From an uncultured Planctomycetales bacterium (GTDB taxonomy: Bacteria > Omnitrophota > Gorgyraeia > Zapsychrales > Fredricksoniimonadaceae): a stretch of 35,304 bases of DNA. The position numbers and the translations under genes are program-made. The notes beneath the pieces were generated by a model, which was not told the origin of the DNA, made no database searches, and saw only the letters and a list, made by a program, of their open reading frames with translations. The DNA lies in contig CAYZPQ010000001.1 of the NCBI GenBank assembly GCA_964480185.1, forward strand, positions 8,240 to 43,543, read 5' to 3'. Shown one piece after another: positions 33,301 to 35,304 of this stretch (the first letter of the stretch is position 1; each line of letters opens with the position of its first letter).

Positions 33301-35304
33301 CTTCGGCTTTTCCACTATTGGATCTGGAAATTTGATCTCCTGCTAAAACTTGTAAATCCCCATTATTGAAATTATTTGTGGCGTTTGCTGCCGATGTGTT
33401 TAACGCGATATCTTCATAGAATTGAATTGCCCCATTTGTTCTCACAGGATATTGACCCATAACCCATTGAATACTCATTTGCGCATCAATACCGCCAAAG
33501 ACAGAAGCATCCTTGGCAATATAAGGAGCTAAGGCTTGTTGTGTATTACCTAGGCCAATGATTGCATTTGTTAAAAATGCTTTGTCACCGATTGAAAGTG
33601 CTCTCGCTGATTCATATAATGAATTTGTTGACGGCGCTACACGACTATAATTTTCGCGCAGATCACGATGCTTTTGCACGAAGTCTTCATATAAATAACG
33701 TGTCTCATCTGTCCATCCATGCCATGGTTCATCATAATGAATTTGCCACCAGCGTGGTTGCTCATCAAGCAATAAGCTATCTTGGCTATAAGGTTTGTAT
33801 TCCACAGGTAAACGTTGTGCAAATGTGTGATAAGCGCGCTCATCTACTTCGGCTAAGATCGATGCCAATGGCCAGTTGACGCGCCCCTTGCTATATTGCT
33901 TAGCTAACTCATTTGGGAGAATTATTGTGCTAGCTGCTCTATATTGTTGAGACAACATGACTTCACGCATAGCATCCATTAACTTGAAATATTCACGACG
34001 ATGTTCAATGTTTTCATTCCAATAATTAGCATGGAAAACAGTTTCTGTTTGAGCTAAGCGTAATACATTATCTTTGCGTTGTTCTGGTGTTAATTGTCTC
34101 GTTGGATACTCTAAGACATTCATTAATGCCACTTTATTGTCATTCGAATAGTTATCGTAGACAGTCGCGACATTATCCTTGGTGTAATTTAATTCTTCAA
34201 AGATCGTATTGATCGTTGGATCATTTTTCGGTGCAATATAGAAATCTGGTTGATTAACAACTTTATTAAGTACGACAATTGCATTCGAGGTGGTCACATC
34301 GTCACTCTTTTTCATATCAAGCATGATGCGTCCACCATATGGCGGAATATAATTTAATCTAGCTAATTGCTCAACTGCAGTACTTGTGAGACCATGTTTT
34401 GCTTCTCTTAATAATCCATTCGCTATTGTCGTCGATGTACGAATCGTTTCTACTTCTTCGGCTCTTAAAGCAACCACGCCACTCTCATCATCAATACGGA
34501 TACCTAAGGCATTGGCTGCCAGAGCACGGATAACATCGACTTCATTTAATTTCTTCGGATCAGTCCCAACACTTAACAAGGCTTCACGATGACGTGCCAC
34601 TAAACGTGTTTGAATATCTGCACGACGATCTAATGGGACATTGCGGATGCTTGTAACCACATTGCTAAATGATTGGTTAAATAAATCAAAGCTATCTGGT
34701 GTAAGACCACTATCTCTGAAATAACCTAACATTGGTTCAATGGATAAATTAATAGGACGATTTTGAGCTGCTAAACCAGGCACTGTAGCGACGACAGCAC
34801 GAATATTTGGATTGGCATGGTTGATGTAAGGTTCTAGGCTTCGTAACGCTTCAGGTGTACCGATGTTAATTAATCGTTCTAACAAGCTCTTGGTATGAAT
34901 ATAGTCGGTTGTTTTGGCTAAGCGTGCTTCGATCGCTAAACGGTATTGATCTTGAGCTGGGTTGATCAACATCACTTTGCGACGTTCTTCATGCATTTGA
35001 TTCAACACATCAGCCCAGTCATTGGCCATCTCATCATCAGGTGAATCACGGAATGCTTCTTCAACAATAGGCCAGAACACTAAATCAGGTGTGGTTTTCT
35101 TGAAATACTGAGCCAATCCTCGACGTTGATCTAAGGTAAGTCTGTCATTGGTGACATTGGCTAAGTACATCACGTTCTTAAAATCTTGTGGATTCGTTGA
35201 GAGAATTAGCTTTTGTACCAATCTTAAACGCATTGCTTCTTGTTTTTTGCTTGTGCGTAATGAGGTTTCGATTCTCTTATTTAATAAGTCATCAAAGTCA
35301 GCAG
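26165..35304 (-). CDS. Giant multidomain membrane protein, upstream segment. It is 3022 aa from the first ATG at 35231-35233 and is probably 5'-partial. It ends at the in-frame TGA.
   Basis: The ORF track lists a 3022-aa minus-strand ORF ending in TGA at 26165-26167. The same frame stays open for 23 more codons upstream of the ATG, to the window edge (...ADFDDLLNKRIETSLRTSKKQEA-MRLRL...). I see no clear Shine-Dalgarno sequence before that ATG. The translation carries class-II amidotransferase and SIS motifs, an HExxH motif and several TM clusters. Confidence 0.9.
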   Translation of the reverse strand, partial: ADFDDLLNKRIETSLRTSKKQEAMRLRLVQKLILSTNPQDFKNVMYLANVTNDRLTLDQRRGLAQYFKKTTPDLVFWPIVEEAFRDSPDDEMANDWADVLNQMHEERRKVMLINPAQDQYRLAIEARLAKTTDYIHTKSLLERLINIGTPEALRSLEPYINHANPNIRAVVATVPGLAAQNRPINLSIEPMLGYFRDSGLTPDSFDLFNQSFSNVVTSIRNVPLDRRADIQTRLVARHREALLSVGTDPKKLNEVDVIRALAANALGIRIDDESGVVALRAEEVETIRTSTTIANGLLREAKHGLTSTAVEQLARLNYIPPYGGRIMLDMKKSDDVTTSNAIVVLNKVVNQPDFYIAPKNDPTINTIFEELNYTKDNVATVYDNYSNDNKVALMNVLEYPTRQLTPEQRKDNVLRLAQTETVFHANYWNENIEHRREYFKLMDAMREVMLSQQYRAASTIILPNELAKQYSKGRVNWPLASILAEVDERAYHTFAQRLPVEYKPYSQDSLLLDEQPRWWQIHYDEPWHGWTDETRYLYEDFVQKHRDLRENYSRVAPSTNSLYESARALSIGDKAFLTNAIIGLGNTQQALAPYIAKDASVFGGIDAQMSIQWVMGQYPVRTNGAIQFYEDIALNTSAANATNNFNNGDLQVLAGDQISRSNSGKAEATMAGVLAEFSTHSGPKTYQEIAMVKFAGDLAASRNQRSVITPEIIKVLVSGEDRDPMFFNRFSPYNKYEPAQAAAHYALRKIGQYAVPDLKQYIVLNQQRDRTNEFNIIIKRILPLLKEIDPAAEAVEVRDLRKGHKFDFYPKYIQYNHIYMHFIGYAILALLGLIIAFYVIKNYASAITEKLSGFVPSNMTEIFEEVKLAIRAWRKPKEKKTKKADKAKPTTPKTKTTTPPPPQLKPAAAQSADAKDDLMIEDDNPILDNVDSNDTSTNASSAATDDKPIVETNAAVLDDTTTIPSDNTDGVKVMVGDEGDYVEEAAPNRLLRLLDIVVIALTLWKTRDVKMAIEYAFMWRAAVFGFFIANEWGHILESVLRGNFRTLTLSNILGNLNILHIVGALIPVLGYYAKGPSVTVQSTLTNRLAGAAVNISLVAAVIAYKHDWMTSPVATILPWPIVMAASVFALIWSIQTDILRLGVGDKSECGNFGIGGILTEEESKEIAPHWVQEGIKNQINLITIRGGQTIGLVHFVMNKSMQTILVLLKEIKGKRANLENITLNRWLSVIEKLIESGYFLGTRLGIWSGHVRFATAGKATKKASHPHVQFIEERISYWDFNEKGILVQKFGNFIIAITHNGDFDDYFILGRKLDNGNNKDELRPFLRRALYVKQLKKPSDYPWADDTPGDSPPASGIARLFWTQQRFTASWQLGFVLSLSKPEDLTGGKDLDDKNAPNTMLPINDRNYLATISDRVFAKHAAAVSRPKLRMESKALNHLYVTKEQVAKHPQLKAQYDALQALQNDLVQQLQGDAKAMKIISTFGGGEAKINEIVGGVVRNFFLNNRYHAGRQFQKGSFGSFGFVIRTSIPDDGVTLFTLDQSISLGWNTVEKFFAFASEALVLQVKYGDRGYLTHRLDMDIQGRGEVIDFTMTKDGRPKIRGFNANLNRELTTEDIEARKMELDEQKNPYFRKLQEYDPGANLLWVDFEDTASVLHWIRNSFLPVENPSLRNQNLEQSKFNAISTNELVKMVNGIEIERYLRKYSTKWGSLDGLIRNQLIGYTNRVFVDLQPDARRALTADFIRAVENNTVMVDYVKMMLTNQLGSHAENLASRLYRRNPRTRITPDQMHELITDFDKDIQAHLSELSQWMVKAFVDSQGRLVEQWEKEVKAFQELPSEKMPFQKALSVFSRMVHHLRSIFRRDARRNVLPEFKQRHIIITGFEKSQWAGEKLKEVLEHIFPDLNIDAISSNKLIADPKKFGATKRTIFIAISDSGQTFPTLSGTGKLYKLFGDRVFVVTNRVDSMMGMAIGQRFNSKSRFKGRIFVTGANIRLSEASTVDTTALIFEILEIAINLAEGVKNTFPKDNPLGMRLDEIQLKLLKEKRDEALAKIETIVGKDADGNQIESDMTKAIDKDASKWEWRVKEVMWGKVVGVVHVILGVIIAPLLFHKLLVTGIILHMDPGFKAYLIEATAYLFNIFAFTILLRFIQKRPLWERLGNPTIVIGEESVYHQILELLVRKLRGTAHSSQEVHVHGGNAEDHFGARFLSGVVRGTKGIFGMPIEDAKFDAVKMTAKQTKGVLSGFWRFQKIFMGSAEVFTFGQRQLNDKNATDSHHHLGDVDFTNFNSHTRELHNKMYDGLVRMVAIQRFFVKMFTGISLIEAKGSDKFLALIWKYFPWDSTSKTKVYTTRSPKPIASGDNDYDVVWDVPSNMKEERIKEEEAAAASNYPAKLLSNQRLTYEALNDEQINRYIQYSLGIKKQENLLDSLDYLGIREFERLVDVRYLDSDDVAYYDFTGIEKPVVINKKLMRAPVLNVEDKDSVRFIALLNDILRHEIIGHHLLGPDENPARDVSRMYFLNNANNRFEYQYFHEAKNVFGIQEDMRYYALVNAGVMGHQFNDSNLIAEEDLDFVMSKKKPYESIFRPAAVRDEFQPGKRVEDVFRQSVTRVDPPASPDGGSAHIMLPILMAFYSHSLIAVGLTVLALVYHHQIKTLLLKMHRSIRWMLFLAGLILATSNFSTLNADVIGSSTTMVNETPVLGLFATLSTPTGAFIVALITAAIVIRTWIANRPPAGTGEKAFEWIATIHAKGMKTFPNAVAPMFVPTFLGIVLAQVFFPIQTTKVLSYIPISSLSLHYVATSILALATYVGFYIFHRYIRSAVNALDRVRVSKTIIRNNYIGGTLLAVSAIGAEIALIYMIGKTQVIATTFGILVLGMVRAYGFKLIMDAKMASLNNKGKLSLELIYAHAQKYLLMTAILFAPAAIATWITGMYLILDSGYSLQSSWVFALQGVVGLMIFEGLMYYTNKTRDIVRELYTAIQVRHVTNDLRKTINDTFTNTILDLKIPWTDAFFYWPILHASTKVFPWIASLVDVKHPLAKVGVM
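27800..27817 (-). other. HExxH motif (HEIIGH), a possible zinc-metallopeptidase-like site
   Basis: The translation LNDILRHEIIGHHLLGPDENP covers residues 2473-2478 of the 3022-aa ORF. Only a short motif supports this, and I do not recognise the surrounding family. Confidence 0.3.
29330..29700 (-). other. SIS (sugar isomerase / sugar-phosphate binding) domain, GlmS-like
   Basis: The translation reads IIITGFEKSQWAGEKLKEVL...TIFIAISDSGQTFPTLSG. Compare the GlmS SIS motifs ACGTSxxAG and AISQSGETADTL. Confidence 0.6.
30500..31858 (-). other. Class-II (Ntn-type) glutamine amidotransferase domain, GlmS/PurF-like, with insertions
   Basis: Motifs appear in canonical order. First is SE-CGNFGIGG, with the Cys codon at 31856-31858 (residue 1126 of the 3022-aa ORF). 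Next is GIWSGHVRFATAGKATKKASHPH, compare GlmS GIAHTRWATHG...NAHPH. Then come ITHNGDFDDY (HNG motif), DDTPGDS...IARLF, GSFGFVIRT and FAFASEALVL. The motifs spread over about 450 codons, which is more than a typical domain of this class. Confidence 0.7.
31895..32345 (-). other. Cluster of predicted transmembrane helices
   Basis: Consecutive hydrophobic stretches include LLRLLDIVVIALTLW, AAVFGFFIANEWGHIL, ILHIVGALIPVLGYY, AAVNISLVAAVIAY and ILPWPIVMAASVFALIW. The cluster ends 15-20 residues before the amidotransferase Cys. Confidence 0.5.
32560..32690 (-). other. Lys/Thr/Pro-rich low-complexity linker
   Basis: The translation reads KPKEKKTKKADKAKPTTPKTKTTTPPPPQLKPAAAQSADAKDD. It follows a single TM helix (YMHFIGYAILALLGLIIAFYVI, about 32775-32850). 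Confidence 0.6.

Noticed and set aside
16723-33843. Small minus-strand ORFs at 16723-16932, 21178-21396, 22816-23025, 24618-24806, 31324-31545 and 33637-33843.
   Set aside because: They are in the other two minus-strand phases and fully embedded in the giant frame. They are short, their translations do not look like protein, and no start-site signals are visible.
1506-34592. All plus-strand ORFs in the track, for example 1506-1892, 4461-4874, 14292-14702, 25761-26096, 27093-27350, 32382-32777 and 33562-33879.
   Set aside because: Each lies antisense to continuous, motif-bearing minus-strand coding sequence. Their translations are low-complexity or Ser/Leu/Cys-rich shadows, and the longest ones mirror the biased linkers. 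None has independent support.
35231-35233. The ATG at 35231-35233 as the true start of the gene.
   Set aside because: This is not established. The frame is open for 23 further codons to the window edge, the upstream peptide continues the same helical character, and no clear ribosome-binding site precedes the ATG. It is probably an internal Met.
1-35304. Searched for tRNA, rRNA or ncRNA genes, CRISPR arrays, IS elements or inverted repeats, promoters and rho-independent terminators.
   Set aside because: None was seen. The window has no non-coding gap in which such elements would normally lie. The only repeats found are the diverged coding duplication at 23500-27330.

Overview
The whole 35,304-nt window is coding sequence on the minus strand, in a single reading frame whose codons occupy forward positions 2-4, 5-7 and so on. 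This gives 11,767 codons with one standard stop, a TGA at 26165-26167. The frame is open at both window edges, so this is an internal slice of a giant gene, or of two abutting giant genes, longer than 35 kb. I found no intergenic DNA, promoter, terminator, RNA gene, CRISPR array or mobile element. The ORF track lists only the 3022-aa part upstream of the TGA. The 8,721 codons downstream reach no stop inside the window, so no complete ORF is reported there. All plus-strand ORFs in the track are antisense shadows. The product alternates clusters of transmembrane helices, several resembling Sec signal peptides and one carrying a lipobox, with soluble enzyme-like domains. From the 5' end of the gene these are: GlmS-like class-II amidotransferase plus SIS; an HExxH segment; a tandemly duplicated polytopic membrane module of about 450 aa; HAD-IIB; a UDPGP-type nucleotidyltransferase; an APH-type kinase; a DHH/DHHA2 phosphoesterase; a degenerate Fic domain; HEAT repeats; a second HExxH segment; a HIT/GalT-like domain; more HEAT repeats; a Upf1/DNA2-like SF1 helicase core; and a long helical tail. 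The TGA lies inside the first membrane-module copy, and similarity to the second copy continues straight across it. The enzyme set resembles a fused nucleotide-sugar synthesis line built into a giant membrane polyprotein. All domain calls rest on motif recognition by eye, no searches were run, and the taxon cannot be assigned from the sequence.
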